From the IMG/VR virus record IMGVR_UViG_3300022752_004330, positions 1-64,000 of that record: a DNA stretch of 64,000 bases. One strand, 5' to 3'. The translations under genes were made by a program, and so were the position numbers. Below the pieces are notes generated by a model that was not told the DNA's origin, made no database searches, and saw only the letters and a program-made list of their open reading frames with translations. Numbering within the stretch: the first letter of the stretch is position 1; every line of letters begins with the position of its first letter. Shown piece by piece: positions 16,327 through 27,149 of this stretch. Origin of the DNA: a virus.

Positions 16327-17820
16327 ATGCCTACAATTAATGTTATCATTACTTCTACTATGGGATTTGTTAAATCTACCAATGCTATAGTAAGTCCCAA
16401 TGTACTAGTTGGTAGTCTATTGAATTTCCAAGGTCAGAGCACTTCAACTATAGGTGAACCTCAAACCAAGGTACTTTCAATTGAATCAGAAACTTCAGGG
16501 TATCCTATTCCTGTTTTTAATTGTTACCCAGGGCAAGATAGCGACAGCCAAAAGATATTATTTAAAAACTCAGGTACCACCAGCTTGGTTGTCACCAGCG
16601 TTTTATTCAGCAGTGAAGGTGCTACACCAAAAATTGAATATGGCCCAGGCTGGGGAGCTGTGGGTACGACAATTTCTCCAGGAACTAACAAATATTTTAA
16701 TCTCAGATATAATGGCGGTGGTTCATTTGGTAATTTTATAAATTTTATCACAGTTAATAGTGATAATGATCAAGGTTCGATTAAAATACCTACAAGACAA
16801 AATATAAGCTATGGATTTAATTGGGTAAGCACTCCTAGCAATTATAATGAGACAATTACAGAGATAGGAAAAAGTATAGAAACTACTTTCTTGATTAATC
16901 CAGATAGTAGGAGCACGGCAAATGGTGACATCATTACACAGCTATCAGCCACGAGTACTCATTCTGGCGGCTGGAAAATTTTAGATACTGGTATATTGAA
17001 TGGTGTAGGCCATGTTAAAGTAAGATTTGATGCTGACTATGTGGCCAACACCAATATCTATAGTCAAAGCCTTGTGGTCACAGTAAATGGTATCACCAAG
17101 AATATAACAAATTATGCAACTGTTATAGTTAGTACTGGTTCATACAGGCATTTTATAGATTGGCTTAGTCCAATAAGCACACATAATTCTGTGGTCGGAA
17201 TTAGCTACGATTTAGTTGATGCCAAGAGAATTTTAACCATAGGAGTAGGTATGGGCGGTGATGGTACTCCACAGTACGATCAGGGTGGGTCTCTTTTATT
17301 AGATATGAAAAATTTAGGTATAGGTGCTGCTTCGCAAGATGCACCTTTTGCTCATTGGGCAGAAGTGTATCAGTTTTATAACCTAGGAACAGGCACAGCA
17401 CGTACCATGGTATCTGGGTTGAAAAACTTAGATGGTGAATATTATTATAAAGTTAAGACCAGTGATTATTATAATTATGGGGATTATTTTGGTAATGGTA
17501 CTGCAAGAGGTTCTATGTTTACTGTGTACGATGACGGCACAGGTAATCTCAGTATTTCATTAAATGGGATACGCGAATATAGCACAGACGCAAATTTTAA
17601 TATGACTCTAGATAATCTCAGCAGATCATTTCACTATTATAGCCAAACTGACACAGGAACAAGATTTAACAATCTTCCGCAATATCCTATAGATTCTTCT
17701 CCTAGCACTGGTACGGTAAAAACTCCAATTACAGAAACTCGTACAAGAATATTTAGAGGGTTCAGCGGCATTGGGAACACATGGACCACAGTTACCAGTA
17801 TTGTTTCAATACCAAATTAA
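16327..17820 (+). CDS. Virion-associated beta-rich protein with an Ig-like module
   Basis: ILFKNSGTTSLVVTSV...ISPGTNKYFNLRY module like 12626/12946; Ser/Thr/Gly-rich. Confidence 0.6.
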   Translation: MPTINVIITSTMGFVKSTNAIVSPNVLVGSLLNFQGQSTSTIGEPQTKVLSIESETSGYPIPVFNCYPGQDSDSQKILFKNSGTTSLVVTSVLFSSEGATPKIEYGPGWGAVGTTISPGTNKYFNLRYNGGGSFGNFINFITVNSDNDQGSIKIPTRQNISYGFNWVSTPSNYNETITEIGKSIETTFLINPDSRSTANGDIITQLSATSTHSGGWKILDTGILNGVGHVKVRFDADYVANTNIYSQSLVVTVNGITKNITNYATVIVSTGSYRHFIDWLSPISTHNSVVGISYDLVDAKRILTIGVGMGGDGTPQYDQGGSLLLDMKNLGIGAASQDAPFAHWAEVYQFYNLGTGTARTMVSGLKNLDGEYYYKVKTSDYYNYGDYFGNGTARGSMFTVYDDGTGNLSISLNGIREYSTDANFNMTLDNLSRSFHYYSQTDTGTRFNNLPQYPIDSSPSTGTVKTPITETRTRIFRGFSGIGNTWTTVTSIVSIPN

Positions 17821-17853
17821 CCTAGGTAGGTATTCTGTAAAACTAATTACTAG

Positions 17854-19092
17854 ATGCTAATTAGTGTACCTTTACTTGATTCTGAAATAGTTAGAAATAT
17901 TAGATATGATGGGAATTCCGCATCGTATGACTCTCAGCTCAGATTATCCGGAGATGCTGAGCATGAATTAATGGTGTTTAATCCATGGGTAGATGATTCT
18001 AAACCTTTATATTTTTTATTCACTATAGATAACAACTTTGTTAGTTTTAATCATACGCTTATAGAAGGATACGGAAAAAAATGTATTGTCTGGAATTATA
18101 AGGGACAATGGTTAGCAAAATATTTTCCTAGAGGATGGATTCCTAAGCATAGATACAAAGATTTATCCATTTTACTTCCTAAGGGACAATGGATTAAAAA
18201 TCCAGATCTTAATTTAGAATTAAATTTTAATAATAGCGGGTTTAAAAAATATCAGCCTGATCCTTTTGAATGCCGCTGCGAGCTAATTTGGTATCTGGAT
18301 CCTCGATATTCATCAGGACCTGATAAAATCTGGGCATTCAAATATAAGCCTAAAAGTTCACTAGCCTATGAATCTAGAGATATGGGGTTAGTTAGTCCTG
18401 ACCTGCCAAAACAAAAAGATGTAATTTTTATAAGCTATAACGAATTAAATGCGGAAGAAAATTGGCGCAGGCTTATTGAAAAGTATCCTAAAGCCAAAAG
18501 GGTACATGGAATAGAAGGAATATTTGAAGCTCATAAAGTAGCAGCCATGATCTCATCTACAGAAATGTTTTATGTGGTAGATGGTGATGCATGGATAGTA
18601 GATGAATTCAAGTTTAATTTTCAATTAGACTTATATGATAGAGATTGTACTTATGTCTGGGCAAGTATAAATCCTTTGAATAATCTTATATATGGCTATG
18701 GTGGAGTAAAATTATTTAACAAGTATAATTTGTTAAAAATGAAAAAATGGAACAGTTTAGATCTTACATTAAGCGTGAGCAAAAATTATAAATTTATAGA
18801 AGAAGTAAGTAATATTACCAAATTTAATACAGATAATTTTACAATTTGGAAGAGTGTTTTTAGAGAAACTGTCAAATTGGCCAAAATTAACAAATATGGA
18901 TTAATTGAATCCTGGAACAAAGCTAAAAATAAGACAGCCCGGCATGCTCAAGAGGCCGCTTTACAATTTTTTCAAAAAAATAAAAACTTAAAAAGAGAAC
19001 TATTGAAAATTAACGATGCTGTTTTTTTACAAAAATTTTACGAACAAAATATTGAAGAATTAAAAAATTTCAGTAAGGGTTCTATTTTTTAA
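17854..19092 (+). CDS. Putative glycosyltransferase (GT-A-like, phage type)
   Basis: DVIFISYNE.NA, GI..AH, FYVVDGD (DxD) and GYGGVKLF motifs. Confidence 0.6.
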   Translation: MLISVPLLDSEIVRNIRYDGNSASYDSQLRLSGDAEHELMVFNPWVDDSKPLYFLFTIDNNFVSFNHTLIEGYGKKCIVWNYKGQWLAKYFPRGWIPKHRYKDLSILLPKGQWIKNPDLNLELNFNNSGFKKYQPDPFECRCELIWYLDPRYSSGPDKIWAFKYKPKSSLAYESRDMGLVSPDLPKQKDVIFISYNELNAEENWRRLIEKYPKAKRVHGIEGIFEAHKVAAMISSTEMFYVVDGDAWIVDEFKFNFQLDLYDRDCTYVWASINPLNNLIYGYGGVKLFNKYNLLKMKKWNSLDLTLSVSKNYKFIEEVSNITKFNTDNFTIWKSVFRETVKLAKINKYGLIESWNKAKNKTARHAQEAALQFFQKNKNLKRELLKINDAVFLQKFYEQNIEELKNFSKGSIF

Positions 19093-19746
19093 CCAAATAT
19101 CGTAAGTACCAAAATCTAAAAAATTTCGGACCATGGAGGTTTTAAAATATTCACCTTGATAGATCATATATTGAATTATGTGACTTAGATATATTTCTGC
19201 ACCATTGCTGACAAAATTTTCAAAATAGTAACAATACTTTAGAGAAGATTCAAATTTATAACCACCCACACAAAAGTAATCAGAAATAATTTCTTTCTCT
19301 ACTATTTTTTCTACTTGGTTATTTTTATTGGTCCTTAAATAACTATATTCTTTTTCCCTCAGGTTAGAATGTTTTTGTAGTTGTGAAATATATACTAGAT
19401 TTCCTTGTTCATAATTTGAATTAAAAAAATTGTCACAATCCTTGACCAATATTTCATCTTCTATTCTTGACCTCTTTATTATTTCAAAAACAGTCTCTGC
19501 AGGTCCTCGGGTAAGATTAGGTAAAAAGACAATGTTAATATTATCATCTTTCTTTTGTAAAATTTTTGATACATTAAATTTTTCTTCGTGTGCCTGTAGT
19601 ATTCCGACTGTTACCTTGTATTTTTTTAAATAAGGCTGAACTGATCTATATAACATAATATGTCCATTAGAATCTTCCAATAAAAACTTAGGTTCAAGTG
19701 TAGGAAATCTGCTTGACAATCCGGCAGCCGGAACAATTATGTGCAT
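19060..19746 (-). CDS. Sugar-phosphate nucleotidyltransferase
   Basis: IIVPAAGLSSRF...PK, DCD, VEK and DFGT motifs. Confidence 0.8.
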   Translation of the reverse strand: MHIIVPAAGLSSRFPTLEPKFLLEDSNGHIMLYRSVQPYLKKYKVTVGILQAHEEKFNVSKILQKKDDNINIVFLPNLTRGPAETVFEIIKRSRIEDEILVKDCDNFFNSNYEQGNLVYISQLQKHSNLREKEYSYLRTNKNNQVEKIVEKEIISDYFCVGGYKFESSLKYCYYFENFVSNGAEIYLSHIIQYMIYQGEYFKTSMVRNFLDFGTYDIWLKNRTLTEIF

Positions 19747-19835
19747 GATTAATCCTTAATAATTTATTTAATTATAAATTATTCAGTTTTATAAAACTTT
19801 GAATGAGCTAGACATAATTATTAAAAAAATATACT

Positions 19836-21152
19836 ATGAAATCTTTACAAGAACTTACTAAAAACTCTAGTTTTTGCGTGATTCCATTTATCAGTCTAAT
19901 GGTGAATACCGACACTTATATTAGGTACTGTTGTTTGACCAAAGGACTTGAAGGTAGGATTAAAAACAGTCAAGGAAATTATATCAGTTGTAAGGATAAT
20001 TTTAAAGAACAGGCATGGAATTCAGGGCATCTTAGAGCTATAAGGATTTCCATGCTTAACGATAGTAAAGTAACAGGTTGCCAATCCTGCTATCTGCAAG
20101 AACAAAGCGGCAGACAGAGCAACAGGCAATTGAGTAATAATGAATGGATTAACAGGTTGGGCAGTGACCAAATTATGAAACTTGTTGAACAAGCTGCTAA
20201 ATCGGGTTTTGTTGTTGACGATCCTGTTTACCTTGATTTAAGATTAGGAAACCTATGCAATTTAAAATGCAGAATGTGTAATCCTTGGAACAGTAGTCAA
20301 ATCGCAAAAGAACATGTTGAATTAATAGAAAAAGACCAAGACTATGCAGATACATGGAATAAAAGTTTTAGTAAGTTTTCTATAAAATTTATGGATAACC
20401 AACCATGGTTTCAAAGTGATATTTTTTGGAATCAAGTTATTGAATTAATTCCAAGTTTGCAAAAGGTTTACTTAACAGGAGGTGAGCCTACTTTAATTGA
20501 GCAAAATTTTACCTTCATGCAAAGTTGTATAGATCAAGGTAGAAATGATATTCAATTATTTTTTAATACTAATTGCACTAATATCAATAAAAAGTTTTTA
20601 GAATTAATAAGACAATTTTTTAATTGTTCTGTAAATGCGAGTATAGATGGATTCGGAGAAGTAAACGATTATATTAGGTTTCCGAGTAAATGGGCTAGGT
20701 TAGAAAATAATATAGAACAAATGGCTCGTATGCCTAACATAACATTAGGGATTACTCCTACTGTACAAGTTTATAATATTCTAAATTTAGTAGAAATACT
20801 CAATTGGGTTGACAGGTTAAATGCAAAATATAAAAAGAATATATTTGTAGATTTTTTAATTAATACTCACCCATCTCATTTAGCAATAACAATTTTACCA
20901 GATAATATAAAACAACAAGCTCTGGATATGCTAGAACATTATCGAGATAATGTGATGTCTAAAAATGCACATGGTCTAACGCAAAATAGTTTAAACGGAG
21001 TTATTGGTATGTTGAAGTTAAATCCTCCTGATGATTTAGAGGAACAAGTAAAAAGATTAAGAATTTACACAAAATCATTAGACAAAGAAAGAAAACAAGA
21101 TTTTACTGTGTTAGGACCAGAACTAGCTGAGTTTATAAATGGAAAAGAGTAA
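19836..21152 (+). CDS. Radical SAM protein with SPASM/Twitch-type auxiliary Cys domain
   Basis: CNLKCRMC, TGGEP, N-terminal FC.IPF...CC...C..C. Confidence 0.9.
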   Translation: MKSLQELTKNSSFCVIPFISLMVNTDTYIRYCCLTKGLEGRIKNSQGNYISCKDNFKEQAWNSGHLRAIRISMLNDSKVTGCQSCYLQEQSGRQSNRQLSNNEWINRLGSDQIMKLVEQAAKSGFVVDDPVYLDLRLGNLCNLKCRMCNPWNSSQIAKEHVELIEKDQDYADTWNKSFSKFSIKFMDNQPWFQSDIFWNQVIELIPSLQKVYLTGGEPTLIEQNFTFMQSCIDQGRNDIQLFFNTNCTNINKKFLELIRQFFNCSVNASIDGFGEVNDYIRFPSKWARLENNIEQMARMPNITLGITPTVQVYNILNLVEILNWVDRLNAKYKKNIFVDFLINTHPSHLAITILPDNIKQQALDMLEHYRDNVMSKNAHGLTQNSLNGVIGMLKLNPPDDLEEQVKRLRIYTKSLDKERKQDFTVLGPELAEFINGKE

Positions 21153-22377
21153 AACATTTTGTATACTACCTTGGATTCATGCAGCTACCTATACAGATGG
21201 CAGTGTATTATTATGTTGTGTGGCCAATAGTAGCAATCTTAATTTGAATAAAGTTAATTGGCAAACAGCCTGGAATAGTGATTATTTTAAAAGAGCTAGG
21301 CTTACCATGCTTGAAGGAAATGAATTTCCTGATTGCTCAAATTGTTATAATAATGAAAAAAGCGGGGTAAAAAGCCATAGGCAGATTCAAAATTTCTTAT
21401 GGAGTAAAAAACTCGGCATTGAATACATAGATGATATTGTTTCAAAAACAGAGAGCGACGGAAAGGTTAACAATAATATAATTGCGCTGGATTTGAGATT
21501 AGGTAATACCTGTAACTTGCAATGTGTTATGTGTAGACCTACTGATAGCAGCAAGTGGTTGAAAGATGCGGAAACTTTATCTAATGAATTAACCACAGAA
21601 GCTAAGTGGGATTGGAAATGGAAAATTGAAAACTTTACCATTGAAAACTTTGAATGGTATAAAGATCCTGCTTTCTGGGAAGATTTTTACCTTCGTGCCC
21701 ATGACATAAAACATATTGTCATAGGTGGCGGAGAACCTATGTTATTGAAAGAGCATAAAGAATTATTAGTACAATTAGTTAACAGAGGATTGAGTAAAAA
21801 TATTGAGTTGAGATATCATACTAACGGTACTATATATAGTCAGGAAATAGTAAACCTTTGGACTAAATTTAAATTAGTTGAAGTTATGATTAGTCTGGAC
21901 GGTCATAAAGAAGTTAATGACTATATAAGATATCCTTCAAATTGGGAATTGCTTGAAAAAAATTTAGATTTATATGATCAGACGGAATCTATGATAGACA
22001 TCAAGATTCTGTGTACCGTGCAAGCATTAAATTTATATTATCTACCAGACTTCGCAGATTGGTTGTTATCTAAAAACTACAAAAAAATAGGTAGAACTGC
22101 GCATGATGGGTTATTTCATACTGGGGTTCTGCATTGGCCTAGATATCTCAGTGTAAAGGTTTTACCAAAAAAACTAAAAGATAAGATTACGAAAAAAATA
22201 TTGAATTATTCTTCTAAAAATAAAAATAATAAAACCATACAAAATTTCAATCACCTGATTACATTAATGAATAGTGAAGACCATAGTGTCATGTTTGTTC
22301 AAATGAAGGAATATTTACAAAAACTAGACAATCTTCACGGAACGGATTATAGAAAATTAGGAGATTTTTTCCTATGA
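21139..22377 (+). CDS. Radical SAM protein with SPASM/Twitch-type domain (paralogue of 19836)
   Basis: CNLQCVMC, GGGEP, FCILPW...CC...C..C. Confidence 0.9.
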   Translation: MEKSKTFCILPWIHAATYTDGSVLLCCVANSSNLNLNKVNWQTAWNSDYFKRARLTMLEGNEFPDCSNCYNNEKSGVKSHRQIQNFLWSKKLGIEYIDDIVSKTESDGKVNNNIIALDLRLGNTCNLQCVMCRPTDSSKWLKDAETLSNELTTEAKWDWKWKIENFTIENFEWYKDPAFWEDFYLRAHDIKHIVIGGGEPMLLKEHKELLVQLVNRGLSKNIELRYHTNGTIYSQEIVNLWTKFKLVEVMISLDGHKEVNDYIRYPSNWELLEKNLDLYDQTESMIDIKILCTVQALNLYYLPDFADWLLSKNYKKIGRTAHDGLFHTGVLHWPRYLSVKVLPKKLKDKITKKILNYSSKNKNNKTIQNFNHLITLMNSEDHSVMFVQMKEYLQKLDNLHGTDYRKLGDFFL

Positions 22378-23399
22378 AGTTTTGGAAACAGGATAAATTT
22401 CTTGTGATTCAAGCAGGAAATACGACTAATGATGTACTAGAATTAAGATACAATTTATTAGATACTGATGTGTGTGACAGATGGATAGGATTAATTAACG
22501 AAAATAATAATAGAAATAATAGCTTAAGGTACAATTATCGTAAAATTTTAAGTGATTCAGAAATTGACCAAAGATTTCAAAATTTCAAAGATAATATTAA
22601 TTTTATAAATCGTAACTATGATAGAAAATTGAAAGACATTGTTAGTTTAGAATATTTAAAAAACAATCAAGATATATTAAATGATTTGCATGAGGAATAC
22701 GAGATTTATGGAGACAGATTAGAAGAACTGGTTAATATTGGATATTTTAATAATCCGAAAAATTTTCCTAAATATTATCATCCAGTATGGCCTGGTTCAA
22801 AAAATTCTAACGATAAAGAAGTACATGAAGCATTTTTGCTATTAAATGAACAGATACATAATTTCGAAGCAATTTACAGAAATTATACTAGAAGAGATCA
22901 AACTTTATGTACATGTCTTTGGGATTTTATGCCTGCAGGATTGCATGAAGATCTAAAGCCTGAAGATTATTTTTTATTCACTCCAAATCATCTGTGGGGG
23001 TGGGCTTATCTTGGATATAATACTTTAGGAAAGCACTGGGCCAGTAGTTGTAATGACAACGATGTTGAAGTTGTTCGCAGGAAGCAAGTTAGGCCACAGA
23101 CTAGATTTGCTGCGGAAACCTATATGAATTTTAGTTTGCGTGAACCTGAACATGGCATGCAGGTAAATTTATACAATTGGTGGTTAAAAAATGATTTTAG
23201 CAAAATTATGAATCCTGCAGAAATGAAACTTAGTGATATTGCATTAGGATTTATCCCCATTGGTAAAATTATAGGATATAGAATAAATCATGAAGATTTT
23301 CAGATGATTAACCAAGATACAAACAAAGGACTATGGAATAAACATATCTGGAGTAGATTCAATACGATAGAATCTGTTATAATTAAAAATCATGTATAA
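22374..23399 (+). CDS. Hypothetical protein (LNDLH..YE / LNEQIH.FE, YNTLGK motifs)
   Basis: 341-aa ORF, translationally coupled within the operon. Confidence 0.7.
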   Translation: MKFWKQDKFLVIQAGNTTNDVLELRYNLLDTDVCDRWIGLINENNNRNNSLRYNYRKILSDSEIDQRFQNFKDNINFINRNYDRKLKDIVSLEYLKNNQDILNDLHEEYEIYGDRLEELVNIGYFNNPKNFPKYYHPVWPGSKNSNDKEVHEAFLLLNEQIHNFEAIYRNYTRRDQTLCTCLWDFMPAGLHEDLKPEDYFLFTPNHLWGWAYLGYNTLGKHWASSCNDNDVEVVRRKQVRPQTRFAAETYMNFSLREPEHGMQVNLYNWWLKNDFSKIMNPAEMKLSDIALGFIPIGKIIGYRINHEDFQMINQDTNKGLWNKHIWSRFNTIESVIIKNHV

Positions 23400-24054
23400 T
23401 TTTCCTAATGAACTTATTGACTTTTATAATTTGCATCACTTAGGTAAAAATCCTACTTACAACAAGTTAGTAGATGCTCAGAAAGATTTATCTTGTAGCT
23501 ATTATGAAATTAAATTTCATTTCGATCCGCAGCTACTTTTACAAGAATGCAAAAGTGTGGATCAATTATTTTTTAATCATAGATCACAAGATAAAAAGAA
23601 AGGGTATGGTCATCGAGGGTGGCAAAGTTTAACCTTACATGGCTTAGATAAGCATAAAACCGAACATTATACCAGGTACGGATTCACTTCTTTAGAAGAC
23701 GCAAGTTATAAGTGGACGGATGCTAGCGATTTGGTTCCAAACTTGACAAAATTTTTACAATCTTTACCCTATAAAATCTTTGATAGAGTAAGAATAATGA
23801 AATTAGCAGCCGGTGGCTATATCATGCCTCATTCTGATGGTCCTAATAGAATATTCAGTCCATTAAATATAGCTATAAATAATCCACCTGGTTGTGAATT
23901 TGTATTTCACACAAATGGAGTGGTTCCTTTTAAAGGTGGATCAGGTATGATTCTTGATGTTGCTAGGGAGCATATGGTAATCAACCGAAGTGACGAATCT
24001 AGATATCATATAATTGTTCACGGTTTTTATAGTCCGAATTTTTTGAATTATTAA
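23392..24054 (+). CDS. 2OG-Fe(II) oxygenase, aspartyl/asparaginyl beta-hydroxylase-like
   Basis: RVRIMKL..GG.I.PHSD (HxD), distal H in EHMVIN, RYHII. Confidence 0.8.
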   Translation: MYNFPNELIDFYNLHHLGKNPTYNKLVDAQKDLSCSYYEIKFHFDPQLLLQECKSVDQLFFNHRSQDKKKGYGHRGWQSLTLHGLDKHKTEHYTRYGFTSLEDASYKWTDASDLVPNLTKFLQSLPYKIFDRVRIMKLAAGGYIMPHSDGPNRIFSPLNIAINNPPGCEFVFHTNGVVPFKGGSGMILDVAREHMVINRSDESRYHIIVHGFYSPNFLNY

Positions 24055-24055
24055 A

Positions 24056-25456
24056 ATGTCTTTTACTAAAATAAAAATTTCTAAAAATACATTGTTAGAA
24101 AGAAAATTTCATTATGCTATTGTTGATCAGAATTGTATCAAGGAAAAGCATGAAGAATTATATAACAAAATGAAACAGACTTCTTTTAGTTTTACTAAAA
24201 AAATGAGTGCTAACAGTCTAAAAGGTGACATAAAGTTTTACAATAATATTGATGATTGTCTAAGTGAATGTTTAAATGATTATGGTATAGTTTTAATTCA
24301 AAGTATTGGCAATTTTATTCGGATTAATAGTTTTTTTGAATACCTGAACACTTATGTTGAAAATAACCCCGATTTTTTTATTTTATCATTTACTTTAGAT
24401 TGGGAATCAGAGCACGGACAGGGATGGATAGAAATACATAACCAAATGATGGTAGTGAATATTGATAAATGGAAAGAACTTGGCTGTCCAAAGTTTGGAG
24501 GTTGGGAAAATTCGGTAGAACCTTTACCTAACTATGAAAGATCAGTTGAAAATTTTCACGACAAATATACTCCGCATTGGATAAAAGGAATTGACGGAGA
24601 GACTACTAAGTTGAGAAAATATCCCGGATGGGGATTTCTCAAAGCCGCCTTACAAAATAAAGTTAAAATAGATAATTTCACTGAAGAAATGAGAAATTGT
24701 AGATTGTACACCTATCCAGAACATGAATCTAATAATTTCTATGATGCTATAATATCTTTAGATAGTACCAAAATTAATAATCCTAATCAGAAAAAATTTA
24801 TTAATTCTTGGCTTAAACCTAAACCTGAAATTTGGATTTTTAATAGTGAAGATTACAAGTTCAATGTTCCGTTTATTTCAATTGATCACTATTATGGCCC
24901 TGCAGCAGGTTTTAAATATTTAGATGTTTTTAATTCCACAGAGAACCCTAAGTTTATTTTTTATGATATAAACAAAGATTCCTTAGATTGGATAAAAAAC
25001 TTAAAAGAAAATTGGGATGGAAAAAATCTGTTCCAGTATTTAAAAAGCAAACCTTTAGAACTTAAAAAGTTATATAAATTTATTAATAAAGATATCGAAA
25101 CTAATATAAATTTATTAATGGAGACTTATAGAGATGAGGATAATTTTTTAACATATTGGAATAAGTTCAGGCAAAGCGAAGCTGAATTCCTTCATATCAA
25201 TCTACTTGATGTAGATAATTTTTTAGCTACCATAGAACAATTCAAATCAAAAAGACCCTTTTTTTATTATAGTAATATTTTTTCAACAGATTTTTTATCT
25301 TGTCGATATAGCATAGAAGAGGTTACATCTATCTATAACAATTTTTTTGAAAAATTTAATAAAATTTATCCACAGTCGTTTTGCTTAGGGTCTGAAATTT
25401 TTGGTGAATGGGAATATCGTAGAAATGGAAAAAAATTTACACTAAAAATGGAGTAA
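24056..25456 (+). CDS. Hypothetical protein (possible transferase)
   Basis: 466-aa ORF in the operon; HDKYTPHW motif; no confident family. Confidence 0.65.
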   Translation: MSFTKIKISKNTLLERKFHYAIVDQNCIKEKHEELYNKMKQTSFSFTKKMSANSLKGDIKFYNNIDDCLSECLNDYGIVLIQSIGNFIRINSFFEYLNTYVENNPDFFILSFTLDWESEHGQGWIEIHNQMMVVNIDKWKELGCPKFGGWENSVEPLPNYERSVENFHDKYTPHWIKGIDGETTKLRKYPGWGFLKAALQNKVKIDNFTEEMRNCRLYTYPEHESNNFYDAIISLDSTKINNPNQKKFINSWLKPKPEIWIFNSEDYKFNVPFISIDHYYGPAAGFKYLDVFNSTENPKFIFYDINKDSLDWIKNLKENWDGKNLFQYLKSKPLELKKLYKFINKDIETNINLLMETYRDEDNFLTYWNKFRQSEAEFLHINLLDVDNFLATIEQFKSKRPFFYYSNIFSTDFLSCRYSIEEVTSIYNNFFEKFNKIYPQSFCLGSEIFGEWEYRRNGKKFTLKME

Positions 25457-25458
25457 TC

Positions 25459-26238
25459 ATGTATAATAATATTGCGGTGTTTATAAGAGGACATAAAAGA
25501 ATTTGGGATTATTTAAAACTTATGACCTTTGAAAATTTTGAAAAAATTTCTAGAAACGTAGATTATTATGTTGCAGTTTGGAATGATGGGAGTGTTGATA
25601 TAACAAAGTTAAAAAAAGACTTTGATAATAAAAATTTAGTAGAATTTTTGGAAGGTAATATATTTGAACATTTTGGTACGCCATATCTATCACCGACTTG
25701 GTTAAATTATAACCTTTTGCCTTCTAAAAAAATCAGAGAAAAAACAGTGAAATATGATGTAATCTTTGATCACAGGTTTGATTTGTTAGTATTTCCAAAC
25801 GATAATTGCTCAATTCCAATAGAATCTAATACTATCTATTCTCCATTCGTTGTAAGAGATTATATAAACTATGATCCTCAATCAGCTCATTTAAAAGATT
25901 ATGGATGGTGTTGTGATAGTTTGACTTTTGATAAATTTTGTGAAAGATTTGCAGAAGGTAACGATACTGATTTATCGGCAGAGGCACAATGTAGTAAATT
26001 TGCTAATAAACTCAATATTAGACTAAGACACTATATTTTTTACAATATTTTATTAGCTAGACCTGATATAGGAAAAATTACGGAAATTAACACTCCCATT
26101 ATTTTTAATCCTTGGGTGAAAGAATATTATGATAAACAACCAGAATGGGATAAAATTACAAAAGATGAAAAAATTAAAATATGCGAAAATTATCAGATAA
26201 ATCTTGAAGATTATATAGAAAATATATTGACAAAATGA
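25459..26238 (+). CDS. Putative glycosyltransferase-like protein (RG..R / YD....RFD type)
   Basis: IAVFIRGHKR, VDYY..W, YDVIFDHRFD; paralogue of the next gene. Confidence 0.55.
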   Translation: MYNNIAVFIRGHKRIWDYLKLMTFENFEKISRNVDYYVAVWNDGSVDITKLKKDFDNKNLVEFLEGNIFEHFGTPYLSPTWLNYNLLPSKKIREKTVKYDVIFDHRFDLLVFPNDNCSIPIESNTIYSPFVVRDYINYDPQSAHLKDYGWCCDSLTFDKFCERFAEGNDTDLSAEAQCSKFANKLNIRLRHYIFYNILLARPDIGKITEINTPIIFNPWVKEYYDKQPEWDKITKDEKIKICENYQINLEDYIENILTK

Positions 26239-27149
26239 AATACAAACATATTGGTGTTTTTTTAAGGGGGCAGTTACGTACTTGGAACTTTTGCAAAACT
26301 AATATTTTTGCTGTATATGAGTCTATAGCAGAAAATGTAGATTATTATTTTTCTACTTGGGATGTTTCTTATGTTGACAAATCTACATTATTAAATGATT
26401 TTTTAGGAAAAAGTTTAATTGGTCATGAATTTTTAACACAACCCGAAAAATTTGATAGTGACCCTTCATTCTACGCTCCTGCCATGCAAACTTATAGCTT
26501 GTTGCCTGCCAAATGGAAAAGAGAAAAGGAAGTTACTTATGACGCCTGCTTTGATCAAAGGTTTGATGTTATAAATTGGATAGTTTATGATCCTTATCTG
26601 CCTGAACCTATGGAAATATATACACCTCAGCCGCCGTTTAAACACAAGGTACCGATTTTTAGTAGAAATGAAAATGATTTTAAGGTTGATAATTTTGTTG
26701 ATGCGGAAGGATTGGCCGATATAGGATTTATGAGTGATTCGAGAACCTTTGATATCATATCTTGTAGATTTTTAAGAAAATCTGAAGATAAATCTCCAGA
26801 ACTTAAACTAAGAGATTTTTGCCTAGATGCTGGAATAGAAATGCCTGGTATGATGCCGTTCGGACATTGTATAATTAGGCCTCACATCACCGATTTATTT
26901 TTAGATCCTGTTACTATTTTAACAAATGAACAAATAGATAAAATAATTAACAATATTTTTGAATGGCAAAATAAAACCATTGAGGATAAAATTAAAGACT
27001 GCCTTAAAAACAATATAAATTTGAATGAATTCCTTTTTAACATAAAACACTTTGGTTTAGATGCAAATAACTCTTTTGAAGAAATAAAAAATTTATACGA
27101 TAAACATAACATAGGAAATATAACATTTCATGATAAAACAAGTGAATAA
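26235..27149 (+). CDS. Putative glycosyltransferase-like protein (paralogue of 25459)
   Basis: IGVFLRGQLR, VDYYFSTW, YDACFDQRFD. Confidence 0.55.
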   Translation: MKYKHIGVFLRGQLRTWNFCKTNIFAVYESIAENVDYYFSTWDVSYVDKSTLLNDFLGKSLIGHEFLTQPEKFDSDPSFYAPAMQTYSLLPAKWKREKEVTYDACFDQRFDVINWIVYDPYLPEPMEIYTPQPPFKHKVPIFSRNENDFKVDNFVDAEGLADIGFMSDSRTFDIISCRFLRKSEDKSPELKLRDFCLDAGIEMPGMMPFGHCIIRPHITDLFLDPVTILTNEQIDKIINNIFEWQNKTIEDKIKDCLKNNINLNEFLFNIKHFGLDANNSFEEIKNLYDKHNIGNITFHDKTSE

